This document shows positions 36,220 to 50,650 of a stretch of DNA of 64,000 nucleotides, one piece after another. Below the pieces are notes generated by a model. It saw only the letters and a list, made by a program, of their open reading frames with translations. It had not been told where the DNA came from and made no database searches. Numbering within the stretch: position 1 is the first letter of the stretch; each line of letters starts with the position of its first letter. The translations under genes and the position numbers were made by a program. The DNA comes from Chiloscyllium plagiosum (Eukaryota): positions 30,160,128 through 30,224,127 of the forward strand of contig NC_057718.1 of assembly GCF_004010195.1 (NCBI RefSeq), read 5' to 3'.

Positions 36220-37860
36220 GTGTTATGATCCTAGCTGATGCTTTAATTGGCAAGTCAAAACCAAGACTGACCCACCTCGCATAATAGATCATGTTTGGTT
36301 GGTTTCTATTTTAATGAGATGCTGTCTTACTGAAACATGGACTTGCAGATTTTGTTTCGATAATAAAACAAAAGTTTTTTAAATCAAAAAAATTATTTAT
36401 AACTTAAGTTCACAATTGTTTAGACACACATTAATAATCCTAAAGCACTCCTCTACAAGTTTCAAAAAAAGGAGCTAAAAGCAGAGAAAGAAAATATTTT
36501 ACCAATACACCATTCTGAAATAACATTACAGAAGCCAGTATCCTGTTATCTAGTCACCCTTTACTTACATGTAAGTGGTCTTTAATAGTATTGCCTCATA
36601 CAGAGTCAGGCATCAGAGTGTCAGTTTCTCTGATACTTCCTCTTTTTATATGTCAGTCGGAGCACCCTGTTTAGACCAGATTAACAACCCCAGTCAGGAA
36701 ACTCGTATTCTATGGCTGGCTGACTTCATTACAATCACTACGTCCCTCCCTCTCAGGATCTGTGTTTATAGGCTGGGCATTTTTCTTGGTAAGTCGCTGG
36801 GGCATTTTATCACCAGGTCAGTTCCTCCAACTTGATGACCAATACGAGTGGTATGTAACACATGGGATCTTGCCTCTTGCACAAAGCACCTCAGTTAAAT
36901 TTCACTCTCTTCTTTCGGTGGCAAAGGCATTGAGGAAGCTACTTCCATCTCTGATTCGGAGGACTTTGACAGAGTGTGTGAATCTACAGGTTCCAAGAGC
37001 ATTTCAGAATGTCCAAGAGGGAGGGCATGTTTTAGTCCCACACCACTTAAGAAATCTCAGCTTTCAATATGGTCCACATGCTTATTGAGGACCGTAACAC
37101 TTATCAGAACTTTATACGTAACTGGTCCTGACCATGCCTCTTATTGATGATTCTTACCGCAGACTTCATCCTCTGTATCAAAATATCTCTCTCGCTTCCA
37201 GAGTCTTATGTTGGTTTTGAAGTTCCTGATGCCAACCCTCCCCCCAAGGCTTGGAAAGATCAGACTTAACCTGGTGCTGAGTCTTCTACCCATTAACAAC
37301 TTTACTGGTGCTATCCCTGTAGTTGCATGTAGGGTGCTCCTTTAATCAAACAAGAACTGTGACAGTTTGGTATTTAGCAAGGCTGTTGACTGCTTCTTTG
37401 ATCTAACCTTCAAAGTTTGGACCACTTTTTCTGCCAGGTCTTTGGATGGTAGATGGTATGGAGCTGTCCTTATAAATCAAATCCCATTCGACTTTAAGAA
37501 ATAAACAAATTTCCTGCTGCTAAATAATGGCCCTTTATCTGTGATCAACACTTCCTGGACTCCTTGTGTTCAAAAGCTGTATGCAATTTTCTTATTATTG
37601 TCGCAGTGTCTAATGAATGAACCTTATGCACATCCAACTACTTTTACTGGGCATCCACAATGACTAAGAACATTGAACTTGTGAAACTACCTGCATAGTT
37701 GATGTGCATTTGAGTCCACTGCGACACACTGTGGAGCCTGTTGATCTTAGAAGTTTGATTCGGCAATTCTGGGGATGTTTGAGTCTGGACAATTGAGACA
37801 TGCCAAGGGTCTTCGTGCCACAAGCAAGTTGATGCTCCTCTGCTGGAAATTCCAATAGTC
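36220..37860 (-). mobile_element. Gypsy LTR plus integrase remnant
   Basis: TG..CA block at about 36220-36860; minus-strand WTQMHINYAGSFTSSMFLVIVDA and PYHLP..DLAEK.VQTLK-like integrase remnants. Confidence 0.65.
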
Positions 37861-38239
37861 ATGGCGAGAGGACAGGCAGGGTGGAGTGGGGGGCCTCAAC
37901 AGTATCTTGAATGGTAACTATTGAGGGACTTATGTATGGCTGTTCCTCCAGACCTCTTGATAGGCGGTGCACCCAGGCATTGTCATGTCTCCTTGTGAGG
38001 AAGGAGCAACTGGATTAGGCTTTAGGTACCCCATCCCTTTCTCACACTTATTTTGGGCCTTAGGACTAATGCATAGTGTGACAGAGATGGTGGTTGGTGA
38101 CTTTCCAGCAGCCCCTGAAGATGCTGGTTCTCTTCCTCCATGGCAACTGCAGAATTTGGATGTTAACAGGCATGGTTGTATGACTGCCTGCACCACTGCA
38201 GCATCTGAGCAATGGCAGGCATTTTGACACTGGACTGGT

Positions 38240-38740
38240 TACGTTGCTTCAGCTTCTCAGCTATGGGGATCTAGTACCACTTTCTTCTTCATCTGATTAT
38301 AGAAGACTTTGGGATTCCCCTTCATGTTTACTGCTGGTCTTTTCTCACAGTTCCTTCTTCCTTTCCTTAACTGTTTTTCACCTCCCCTAAACCTTTGGTA
38401 TTCCTGTTCATTCTTAATTGTATTTTCAGCATTACACCTGTCACAAGCACACCTTTTCTTTCTAATGTCAATTTTTGCCTTCTTTGTCAACCAGGGAACT
38501 TTGGATTTGTTTGTTCAACCTCACACATCAGAGGGAATACATTTGATTGTGCCCGAACAATCTGCTGCTTGAAGGTGGCCCATTGTTAACTTACTGATAT
38601 TCCCATCATTCTCTTATTCTCATCAATCTTGCTCAGCTCTGTACTAATCCAATTGAAGTCCGTTCTCTTTCCAATTGATTTTTCTTGTTCTGGATTGTCA
38701 TTCTCCACCACCATCCTGAACATTTAGGTTCAATGACCAC
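38240..38740 (-). mobile_element. CR1 ORF2 fragment
   Basis: KKQLRKGRRNCEKR.AVNMKGNPKVFY, a typical CR1 EN-RT linker. Confidence 0.6.
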
Positions 38741-38885
38741 TGTTGATCACAGCTGCGCCTGCGTATCCATCCACTGGACTTTTAATGAATATGGGCCACT
38801 TTTCTGACTCCTACCTATGAGACCATGCACTTACCATTGATCTTCCAAATTCCTGACTACAATATCTATGTCTGTGACCATAATC

Positions 38886-39935
38886 TCTGTAAGAAAGGTA
38901 TCCACAAGGAAAGGAATCTTTTCAAAATTAATTTTGTTGCAACCAACTGAAGTAGCAGGTGTAGAATCAAATTACGTGAGTTCATTCCTCCTCATCTGAG
39001 AGTCTAATAATTTAGATTATTGGCCTCACTAATGACACAGTTATGGAGTAAACTCTGACATATTTACAGACATTCTTTACTTCTAATTCCAAATTCTAAT
39101 TTGAAAAGAGAACTGCTACAGAAAAAAAATGCCATAACTGTAACTTCAATGACTGGCAAATTCAGATATAAAGCCATTGAAATGCCACACACTATGAAGT
39201 ATCAGGCTAACGTCAACTAGGAAGAGATTTAACAAGAAGAGATTTTTTTAAAAAGCTGACTATGCAAACATGGCTGTGTTACTATTCAGGAATATGCAAA
39301 AACAAAAGCAGGTTAAAAACTGACTGCAACACCTGATTATGGTGTGTTATTGGCCAGACATCCCAGTGTGTAGAATGGAATGTTATATGGACCACAGCTT
39401 CAAGGACATTTATTTATTATACCTGTGCTGCAGGTAAAACAAAGGCAAGGACTATCTCTCTCTCACTGCTGGAATTCAGTCTCTGTCATAAAGAATCAAA
39501 GCAACACAATTTCCATCAATCTGCAAAAAGCAAAAATTTCAAAATCAACTGAACAATTGCAAATGCAATTATAGCCAGTGCAAACCAACAACCAAAACAT
39601 CATCTATTCTGCTCTTCATGAACAACTCAGAAACTGATCCTTTTTTAACACATATCTTTTTGAAATCACCTCTTACTTCTACTCTATGTGTATGTGTTGT
39701 GTTACTATTTCTTCTCATGTTTAGTAGTTAATATTAACTTCCTTTTTTTTGTTAATTCAAGAAGGCATAGTTAGATTGTTTCTTTTTAAAATGTAAACTA
39801 ATTTGGGTCTGTAAGAAAGGTATCCACAAGGAAAGGGATCTTTTCAAAATTAATTTTGTTGCAACCAACTGAAGTAGCAGGTGTAGAATCAAATTACGTG
39901 AGTTCATTCTTCCTCATCTGAGAGTCTAATAATTT
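38886..39935. repeat. 128-bp near-perfect direct repeat bracketing an LTR-like segment
   Basis: 38886-39013 and 39808-39935 differ at two positions that I could see. Confidence 0.8.
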
Positions 39936-40759
39936 GGGGAATTCCATCTGGATCCATAAGAAATTGCACAGCCTCAACCAGGATGTGGTTGTAACAGTAT
40001 GGATGACATCCAGGACAGATGCTTCAATGGCCAGACTGACTGCAGGTGAATAACATCCAGAGACACTGAAGTCCAGCTCCTAGACTGGCTAGAGCACAAT
40101 CACCAGATAGACTGGAGCATGCCATCCCCACCAGACTGACTTTACCAACTTATCTTTTCACCTCTAAATTGCTTTTGTGCTTCCATGCTGTTTAGAAAAT
40201 GCCACTTCGTGTTTATTAATTTTGTGCCTCTGTGCCATTCAAATAATGCCATTTCCTCTACACAGCTTTTGTGGTTCCATGCTGTTCAGAACAATGCCTC
40301 TCACTGCAAACTGCTTTTGTGGCCCCATAAGCTTCAGTCCTAATTGCCTTTTGTAAAATGTACAAACGCATACTCTTGAGCTATAAGCTGTCCCTTATTT
40401 GCCCTGTGCCAGTTGGCCTTGGAGATGGCCCAGGGAGACAACATGTCTCAGTCTGTAAGAATGCAAGATGGTATTTTGAGAAATGAGAGTTGTGAGATCT
40501 GAGAGATCAGTAGGTGCCAATCAGGCTAAAATGTATTGTGGATCTATGAGTTAGAGATCATATTAGAATGTGGTTATGTGAGTGATAAACTGGGATTGTG
40601 ACAATTGAGGGCAGCTGCATCTGCACCTCCATTAACTAGATGTTTGATTAAGAAGAGCCACTGCAATGCAACTTATATATCTCTTCCCTACCCAGTAAAA
40701 ACCCATCCCATTTTGGGTACAGCCATTTTTACTTTAAAGAATGTTGTCGATTAAGTCGC

Positions 40760-41090
40760 TCATAGAATACAATCCCAATAGTGTGGAAAGAGGCCATTTG
40801 ACCAAAGAATTCCACACTCAGCAGAGCATCCCAGTCAAACCCAGCCCCAATCATCATCACCCCACATTTAGCATGGCCTATCCACCTAGCCTACAAAACC
40901 CTGGACACTACAGTGCAACTGAGCACTATCCACCTAACCTGCACATTATTGGACTGTGAGAAGAAACCAGAGCACCCAGCAGAAACAGGGAGAATATGCA
41001 AACTCTATGCAGACAGTCACCCAAAAGTGGAATTGAACCCAGATTCTTAGCACTGTGGGGCAGCAGTCCTGACCACTGAGCCAACATCCC
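40760..41090 (-). mobile_element. V-SINE (HE1-like)
   Basis: Reverse complement shows tggctcagtgg, gggttcaattcc and the V-domain. Confidence 0.8.
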
Positions 41091-41199
41091 ATCCCTTAGA
41101 GTGCACTGAGATTCAGCTTGCTTGTGCACCATTCAAATACTGGCTACCTTACTGCTCCCCAATCCACAACCCAAAAAGAAAAAAGTATGATTTTGTAGC

Positions 41200-43030
41200 T
41201 TTTGTAGAACCAAGGCTGCAGCATGACATGGAACAGTACCTGAATATTGAAGGTATACAGGACATTTAGGAAGGACAAGAAGCCAGGTAAATGTGGAGGT
41301 GTGTCTCTGTTAGTTAATGAAATGGTGTTGGTAGAGATGAGAAACATTAAAAACAAAAGATCACTTGAGGGTTTGGTGTACAGGCCCCCAACAACTATAG
41401 GTCAGAAAGTGGAAGGGAGGGAGGAACTCAGGAAATCATAATCATCTGACAAGTTGCACTAAATGAATTGGTGGAGCTGCAGGATAACAAATGTCTGAAA
41501 ACAAGTGGCTAGTAAGATAATTGATGCATTGGTTTAAATTTTCCAAAACTTCCTAGAGTTTGTGAAAGGTCCCTTTACATTGGAAGATGGAAAATATAAT
41601 TCCAATGTTCAAGAGGGGAGGGAGACAGTAAGCCAGAAATTATTGGCCCGTTAGCTTAAAATCTGTCATGGGGAATATGTTAGATTTATTAAGACATTAC
41701 GTTGGACACTTGGATAAATTCAACATGATCAGCAGAGTCAACAGGATTTTATGAAATCATAATCATGCTTAACCTATCTATTGGATGTAAGTTTGCTCAC
41801 TGAGCTGGAAAGTTTGTTTTCAGATGTTACGTCACCATACTAATTCTTTGATGAGGATGAAGGGGAACTGATGGATAAGAAAATAGATCATAAACACAGA
41901 AGCAGAAGCAGACCATTTGGCCCACCAAATCTGCTCCACCACTTGATCATGACTGATATGTTTCTCAACTTCATTCTCCTGCTTTCTCCCTATAACCCTT
42001 GATCCCTTTAATAATTAAGAACTTATCTATCTCTATTTTAAAAACACTCAATGATATGGCCTCTACAGCCTTCTACGCCAATGGGTTCCGCAGATTCACC
42101 ACCCTCTGGCTGAAGAAATCCCTCTTTGTCTCAGTTCTAAAGAGTTGTCCCTTCACTCTGAGGCTGTGCCCTCAGGTTCTAATCTTTCCTACTAGTGGAA
42201 ATATCTTCTCCATACCACTTTATCCAGGCTTCTTAGTATTCTGTAAGCTGATGTATGGTACAGAAGGCACTTTACTGTGAAATATTAACATTCATGCTAT
42301 AGGGGGTAATATATTTGCATGGGCAGAAGATGGCTAGCTAATACTAATTAGACTATAGGCATAGATGGCTCTTCTTCAGACAGCCTGGATGTAATGAGTG
42401 GTAAGCCATAGGAATCAGTGCTGAGACCTCAGCTGTTAAAAATTTATATAAATGATTTGGATGAAGGGATTCAAAGACAGGTAGGCAAGTGGGTGTGAAG
42501 AGGATTTAAGAAGCTATATAAAGATATAGATATGTTAAATAAGTGGACAAATACCCTGTGAATAGAATATAATGTGGGAAAATGTGAAACTGTGCAGTTT
42601 GAGAGGAAGATTAAAAATAGAGGCATATTTTCTAATGGTCAGTGATTACAGTGCTGTGAGATGCAGAGGGAGCAGTGGAGTCATGGAGGTTGGTGGTGGG
42701 GGCAGGGTGGAGGTTCCCATGCTTGGATTGCTAATAAGTTTGCAGGAAATGCAACGAATTAAAAAAGCTCATAAAATGTTATTGTTTATTGTAAGTGGTA
42801 TTGAAGACAAAAAATTATTCTTCAGTTATACAAAGCTGTGGTGAGATCACGTCTATATTACTGTGTTCAATATTGGTCCTATTTAAGCAAGGAACCAGTT
42901 GAAAGCAGTTCAGAGAATGTTTACCAGACTAATATTTGAAATGGGCAGGCTGTCTTAACAGGAAAGGTATTTGGTGGAATTTAGAAGAGTAAATTTGACT
43001 TGACTGAGACGTACCATATCCTGAAGTGTT
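41200..43030 (+). mobile_element. Old CR1 ORF2 remnant with a nested minus-strand CR1 3' end (about 41885-42250)
   Basis: YRTFRKD..GGVSLLV..GLVYRPP, later NYWPVSL and GSVL.PQL-like remnants. Confidence 0.7.
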
Positions 43031-43494
43031 TTGACAGGGGAGATGTCGGATTGGCCGCAGCAATCCATCCTCATTCATCAGACAGATTGGAGCACACCTT
43101 AGACTGACTCAAGTACTCCCTTTCTGTCATTTTGTTGTTCTGAAGCATTCAACAATGCCAGTCCCTTTTTACCACTACTGACGTTCCATGCCTTTCAGAC
43201 AATGCCAGAACCTGTTTTCCACTTTCAGGTCTCTGTGTGCCTCAGATAATGCCACTTCCTGTTTACTGCTTGTGGTTGGTCTCCTATTCCTACGTTAAAC
43301 ACATTAAACACAAATAATATTGTAAGGTTTCGCCTTGTGTGTAAGGATGCACAATACCTATCTTTATGCAACTCATATACAATTGATCGAATGAGAATAT
43401 TGCCAATAGCTGAAACTAATCCTGACATCAAGACTAAAACTTCAGTATTGCACATTCTCAAAAATGCTTGAAAGATGGATAAAATTACTTCAAA

Positions 43495-44720
43495 TTACTA
43501 TAAGATCATCAGACATAGAACCAGAAATTAAGCCAGTCAGCCCATTGAGTCTGCTCTGCCATTCAATCATGGCTGATAAGTCCTCAACCCCATTCTCCCA
43601 CTTTGTTCCCATACCCTGGATCCCCTTGACACTCAAGAACCTATCTATCTCAGTCTTAAATTATACTTAATGACCTGGCCTCCACAGCCTTCTGTGGCAA
43701 TGAGTTCCACAGATTCACCACTCTCTGGCTGAAGACGTATCACCTTATCTCCATTCTAAAAGGTCTTCCCTTTACTCTAAGCCTGTGCCCTCAGGTCCTA
43801 GTCTGTCCTACCAATGGAAACATCTTCCCAATATCTACTCTGTCCAGGCCATTCAGTATTCTTTAATTAGATCCACCCTTATCCTTCTAAACTCATTGAG
43901 TTTAAATCCTGATTCCTCAAACATTCCTCAAATGTTAAGCTTTTTATTCCTGGGACCATTCTCATGAACCTCCTCTGAACACACTCCAGGGGCAATACAT
44001 CCTTCCTGAGATATTGTGCCCAAAACTGTGCACAATACTCCAAATGTGGCTTGACCAGAGCATTATTTAGTCTCAGAAGTACATTCCTGCTTTTATATTC
44101 AAGTCCTCTCAAAACAAATGCCATCATTGCATCTGTCTTCCTAACTACTGACTCAACTTTTAGAGCATCCTGGTCTAGAACTCTTAAGTCTTTTTGCACT
44201 TCAGACTTCTGAATTTTCACCCCATTTAGAAAACAGTCCATGCCTCTATACTTCCTACCAAAGTGCATGACCTTACACTTTCCCACATTGTACTCCATAT
44301 GCCACTTCTTTGCCCATTCTCCTAACCTGTCCCCATCTCCTCAATGCTAGATCCTTCTACCTATCTTTGTATCATCTGCAAACATAGCCAGAATGCCCAC
44401 AGTTCCTTCATCTAGATCATTAATGTATAAAGAGAAAAATTGTGTTCCCAACACTGTGCTTTGCAGAACAACACTTATCATCAGCTGCCTTCCTGAGACA
44501 GACCTTTTTATCCCCACTCTCTGCTTTCTGCCAGAGAACTAAGCTTCTATCTGTGTTAGCACCTTGTCTCTGATACCAAGGATCCTTATCATACCCCATA
44601 GCCTCCTGTGCAGCACCTTGTCGAAGGCCTTCTTGAATCCAGGTAGATAACATCTTGGCTGTTCTTGGTCTAAACTGTTCATTACTTCCTCAAAGAATTC
44701 CAGCAGATTTGTCAGGCATG
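43495..44720 (-). mobile_element. CR1 LINE 3' portion
   Basis: MEYNVGKCKVMHFGRK..KPHLEYCAQFWAQYLRKDVL.LECVQRRFMRM plus 3' UTR. Confidence 0.88.
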
Positions 44721-45089
44721 TGTCATGACCAAGGCTGAAAAGTGTATTGTCTCTTTCTTTAATATAACTATTCCACAGGCCACAAGATTAATATTTTTTA
44801 ATGACTGATCTGGTCAAATCGATACTTTATTTGTTAAAAATAATCCATCCACCAGTTTCTTTAATATAACTATTCCAATAGCCACAAATTAAATTTAATT
44901 TTATTTCAATTACTGATCTGGGCAAATTTTATCTATTTAAAAATCCATCCACCAACTTCTTTAATAACAGCAATGTTATTGATTTATTGGGGGCAAAAGA
45001 CAAATTTGGCATAGATATAATGCAAATTAACACAATTTGAAATATATAAATATGACTGCTCACACCAGGAAAACATGAAAACAGATTCC

Positions 45090-48000
45090 TGTTATGACAT
45101 GGGGTAAACCCCTCTGCTAACATAAATCCGACACACAGAAAATACTCATCCCGTGCTGTAAGCTGTGAAAATTCGAGAGGCCAAGAACTATCCCAAAGGT
45201 CACCATTTTAAGTAAAAAACTAACACTTTTTTAAAGTCTAACTGAGAATATTTAACTAACAACTATTTACAACTCCTTTCTCTAACCTATCTTATACTTT
45301 CCCTTCTATAATACCCCCCAATAGGGTTTACCAAAAAAATTCAAATTTCAAAACCAGCCAGCTGATGAATCTTCACTTTCTATCTTCCTCTGTCTTCTTT
45401 TCATCTTCTTAGGGTTTCTGTTTCACAGGTCATTGCTAGATAAAGGTACCTTTAAGAGAGCTATTCTGTGGGCAGTCTACATATGTTGGTGGCTTGGTAG
45501 TTCTCCTCCAACTGTTCAATTTTTCCTGGTCTTGCACCGCAAAGCATCAGATCATTTCATTGATTTTAATATTGTCGAAATACATAATTCAAACTTGATT
45601 GGAGTTTAGCATCTTGGAGAAAGTGAGGACTGCAGATGCCGGAGACCAGAGTTGAAAAATGTGGTGCTGGAAAAACACAGCAGGCCAGGCAGCATCCGAG
45701 GAGCAGGAGAATTGACGTTTCGGGTATAAGCCCTTCTTAGCATCTTGGGACATAATTTAAACTGATTGGCCGAATTTGGATTTGTTATTTGTCTTGTAGC
45801 AAGCCAGGTACTGCTAGCTGCTGGACCAAATGTTACATTGTAAATTCTCCAGCACTCACTGTGCTTACTAAGTCCTTCAACTCTCTTAAAGGTACAGTAC
45901 CCCTTACACCTTCATAACACCTCCCCCATTAAGAAAAATGAACATCATAATGAAAAGATGGCTTTTTTCTATTCTTTAAAACTTTAACATAACATACTGA
46001 TAACTTTAATCTAAGTTCACCTTAACTTCTTCCCATATTATATATAGGATAAATACAAATCTCATCTAAACGTTATCAGTTAAATCCGCGATAACACATT
46101 TGCAATTATATTCTTACAAGCCGCTACATGTTCGATTTTAAGTTAAAAGTCTGTAACATAAGACTCCAAAGAAATAGTCTCATATGATTGTCTTTAAAGC
46201 GTTCTAAGAAAGTAAAACGATTGTGATCTGTGTACACAATTGACTACGACACATTGTTTGTGACATACACATTAAAATGTTTTAAGGCCAATACTAAACT
46301 CAATAGTTCTTTTTCAGTCATGGAGAATGTCATCTGGTGGATGTTGTGTTTCATCAAAAAGTAACCAACTGGCAGGTCAGTCCCATCCTCATCTTCCTGT
46401 AGCAGATCACCTACAACTCCTATGTCACTAGCATTGATGGTGACTTTAAAAGGGTTTGAAAAGTGTGGTGTAGCTAAACAGGTTTGGTGGTTAATATTGC
46501 TTTCAAATGATTGAATGCTTCCTGGCTTTGTTAGGTCCACCGAAACTTTGTGTTCTTCTTCAGTAAATCGGGTAACGGTGCCACTATAGTGCTAAAGTTT
46601 GAAACAAACTTCTGATAGAATCCACTGAGTCATAAGAATCGAAGTACCTCTTTCTTCAAGGTTGGTCGTGGAAATTCCTCGATAGCCTTCATCTTTGCAT
46701 TCCATGGGGTCAACCTTCCATGACTGATGTCATGTCCCAAGAACATCACCTCTGCTTTCACAAATTCAGTTTTGTTTAAGTTTATTCCAGTTTTGTTTCT
46801 CATAATTGTTCAACGAGCTCTGCCAACTTACCATGTGATCTTTCCAGGACTTACGAAAGATCACTACATCAACCAAATAGACTGCACAGTTTGTTAACCC
46901 AGCCACAACTCTGTTCATGAGTCTTTGGAATGTGGCAGGTGCGTTCTTCATTCCAAAGGGGATCACCTTAAGCCAATATAGCCCATTTGGGGTTACAAAC
47001 ACACAAATTTCTTTTGCAGTCTCTGATAAAGGTACCTGCCAGTAACCACGCAGTAAGTCCAACTTAGTAATGTAACTGGCTTGTCCAACTTTCTTGATAC
47101 AATCCTCCAATCTAGGAATTGGATATGAGTCCAATTTTGTAGTGGTGTTGACCTTCCAATAATCCACACACAAGTGTTGAGTCCCTTCCGGTTTGGGAAC
47201 TAAGACAATTAGTGAACTCCACTCGCTTTGGCTTGGTTCGATGATATCCTCGTCATGCATGGCCTCCACTTCCTTCTGGACCTGTCTGGCTTTGAAAGAA
47301 TTAAGCCAATAGGGGTGTTGTTTTATCGGAGCAGTATTCCCTTCATATACAATAGCATTAGTCCTTGCCAACTGATTCTTACATATGTCCTCATACTGCA
47401 GTAACAAATCTTTCAACTGCATTCTAAGCTCATGAAACAGATAGCTTACTAACCTATCTGACTCCTCAAAGACTTCTTCATTTTTTAATCTAATTTGAGG
47501 CACATCAAAATTCATATCATCTGGATTTTATTCCTCACTCAGCAGGGCAGTAACTAACACCTGTTTCTCCAGTTCTTTCTCTCTAAGAGAATACGGTTTC
47601 AACATGTTCACACGACGTACCTGATAGCGTTTTTTTAATCTGGCATCTTTACTAGATATTTCACCTGAGTCAACTTTTTCTCAATTTGATAGGGGCCACT
47701 AAACCTGGCTTTGAAAGGATCTCCTATCACTGGTTACAGTACTAACACGTCATCCCTTCGGGAAAATGTCAGAGTGTCAGAGTTTTTATCTGCCACCTGC
47801 TTCATTCTACACAGTGCCCTCTATAGGTGCTGTTTACCTACTCTACTTAATCTCTTCCTCACCTCCGATATGTAATCTAAGTATGAGATCTCCAAGCTTG
47901 ATCCTTTCAATTTTTCTTTAATTAATTTCAAAGGGCCTCTCACTTCATGCCCGAATATTAAATCAAAGGGAGAGAACTGAGTAGATTAATTTGGGGTATC

Positions 48001-50650
48001 TCTAATGGCAAACAATATGAGTGGAATATCTTTATCCCAATCATGTGGGTAATCCTGACAGTATACTTTCAACATGGTCTTCAAGGTCTGATGCCACCTT
48101 TCTAAAGCTCCCTGGGATTCAGGATGATATGCACTGGATTTAAAGTGCTATAAACCTAAGCTATCCATAATCTCCTTACACAGCAGCAAAATTTGACCCT
48201 TGGTCTGACTGAATCTCCCTGGTAGCCATACCATGCAAAGAAAGCTACTAACTCCTCTACCATATTTTTTGCCTTGATATTCCGCAATGGAATTACTTCC
48301 AGAAATCTGATAGAAACATCCATTCTGGTTAACAAGTACTGATTCCCACTTTTAGTTCTTGGGAGGGGAGCTACACAATCAATTCTAACCCGCGTTAAAG
48401 GTTCTTCAAATGTGGAATTGTTAACAAAGATGCAGGTTTTATTACCGCCTGTGGCTTACCAACCATTTGGCATGTATGACACGTACGCCAAAGGTTAACC
48501 ACATCCTTGTGCATTCCAGGCCAATAAGAATGTTTTTGTACCTTAGCCTGAGTATTTCGTACCCCTAGGTGACCTCCTACAGGTAGTTCATGTGATACCT
48601 GTTACACCTCCTGTCTGTATGCTACCGGCAACACAATCTGATGCACTTCGGCCCATATCTCCTCTGCACTACCCTGCCGTGGTCTCCATTTCCGCCTTAG
48701 GATTGTATCTTTCAGATAAGAACCCTCCGGAATATTCTCTGCCTCCTTTTCAGAGTACGCATTCACATATATATCTTTTATCGTCTTGTCTTGCTGTTGC
48801 AAGTCCCTTAGCCTTTCAGGACTAAACATGTCTGTCTGATCCTCTGTCTGTTCAGATGTTTCCTGCAACATTATGTCAAACAGGGTGTCCATTAACTGAA
48901 CCTCAAATCCTTCATCTTTCTCTTTACTTTTCACTTCATGCTGTGACTTATGATAGTAGGATCTGGTTACCACACAGTCTGGGAAAATATCAGGATATTT
49001 CAGTTTTAACCCCTCAGTTTCTTGGTCTTCCTTTGGCTTCTCCACAACAAGGAGTGTCACTCCCATCTTGGATCCTGCCAAATCATTCCCAAGAACAAAC
49101 TGAATTCCTGGAACTGATGCTCTGTCAATCACTCCCACTGTAACTTCCCCAGTCTTGAGTTGGCACTCCAACCTGATTTACATAGGAGAATGCTAAATTT
49201 CTGTCCATCTATCCCACAAATTACCATACTCTCGGGTAACAGGTCAGAAAGAGTGCGTATTCACTCATTTTTCACTATCAACAACTGGTTAGATCCTGTG
49301 TCTCTCAAAATTGTAACTTCTTATCCTTCTCCTCCTGTTCTTTCTGAGTAAACTTTACCCACAGAGGCAAATTCTTTGTAGGGATCAGGTGCTAACTACA
49401 TACCTAGCCACTGCCAAGGCTGTGCACTCTCCTGCAGCTCCTCAGCTCTTCTTGGGATTTTCTTTACAACCTTCACTAATGCCACTGGCTTAGCTTTTTA
49501 TCATATCCTTTCCCACAGTACCTTTCTTTAATGACTATATGTGTCCCACTTTACCACAGTGGAAACACCTGAGGCCTTTCTCCTCCTCTCTACCCTCTTG
49601 AGCGTTTTTCTTAATCTGTGGTAAACTCTTACCAGTGTTCTCTACTCTTGGTTTCATAGTGTAGGATCACCCCTTCTCCCAACTTCTATCCCTCACAGGG
49701 CAAAATTCTGGCCAGAGGCTTGTCTTATGCACCAACATGTACACATCTGCTAATTCTGCTGCCTTTCTCACTTCCTGAACTTTCTGATCCTCTACATGCA
49801 TTCTTACCACATCTGGAAGTGAGTTTTTAAACTCCTCCAGCAGAATAGTCTCTCAGAGCCTCAAAGGTCCTATCTATTTTTAAAGCAAACACCCATCTAT
49901 CAAAATGACTATGGTTAATTCTTTCAAACTCAACATAAGTCTGACATGGGTAAACCCTTGTGTTAATTTAAACCTGACACACAGAAAAGATTCACCCTGT
50001 GCTATAAGCTGTGAAAATTTGAGAGGCCAAGAACTATCCTAAAGGTCACTAAAGTAAAAACTAACAACTTTTTTTTTAAGTCGATCAGAGAATACTTAAC
50101 TAACAACTATTTACAACTCCTTTCTCTAATCTATCTTATACTTTCCCTTCTATAATCCTGGTCCGATAACCCCCCACCCCTGATTAGGATTTACCAAACA
50201 ATTCGAATACCAAACCAGCCAAATGTCAAATCTTCTCTTTGTATCTTCCTCTGTCTTCATTTCTTCTTCATAGGGTTTCTGTTTCACAGGTTGTTTCTAG
50301 ATAAAGGTATTTTTAAGCGAGCTATTCTGTGGGCAGTCTGTATATGTTGGTGGCTTGGCAGTTCTCCTCGAACTGTTCAATTTTTCTCAGTCTTATACCC
50401 CAAAACATCAGATCATTTCATTGGTTTTAATATTGTCAAAATGCCAAATTCAAACTTGATTGGACTTTAGTATCTTTGGGGTAATTTCAAACTTGATTGG
50501 CCAAATTTGAATTTGTTATTTGTCTTGTAGCAAGCCAGGTACTGCTAGCTGCTGGACCAAATGTTACATTGTAAATTCTTCAGCACTCTGGGTGCTTGCT
50601 AAGTCCTTCAACTCTCTTAAAGGTACAGTATTCCTTACACCTTCATAACA
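45090..50650 (-). mobile_element. Second Gmr1-like Gypsy LTR retrotransposon
   Basis: LTRs at 45090-45919 and about 49942-50650, both ending ccttcataaca; PPT complement cctccccc at 45920. Minus-strand order: gag remnant, protease, integrase (about 48700-47600), RT (ORF 46766..47515, PIKQHPY..CVDYWKVN..DLLRGYWQ..PFGMKNAPATFQR..YLVDV), RNase H (46244..46540). Confidence 0.9.
45618..45736 (-). mobile_element. Short Penelope-type pLTR insertion in one LTR only
   Basis: TSD ttagcatcttgg at 45606-45617 and 45737-45748; the other LTR shows the empty site at about 50465-50480. Confidence 0.8.

Noticed and set aside
44745..44965. ~105-bp imperfect tandem repeat as a CRISPR-like or regulatory array
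   Set aside because: Only two diverged AT-rich units with no spacers, probably part of an old LTR.
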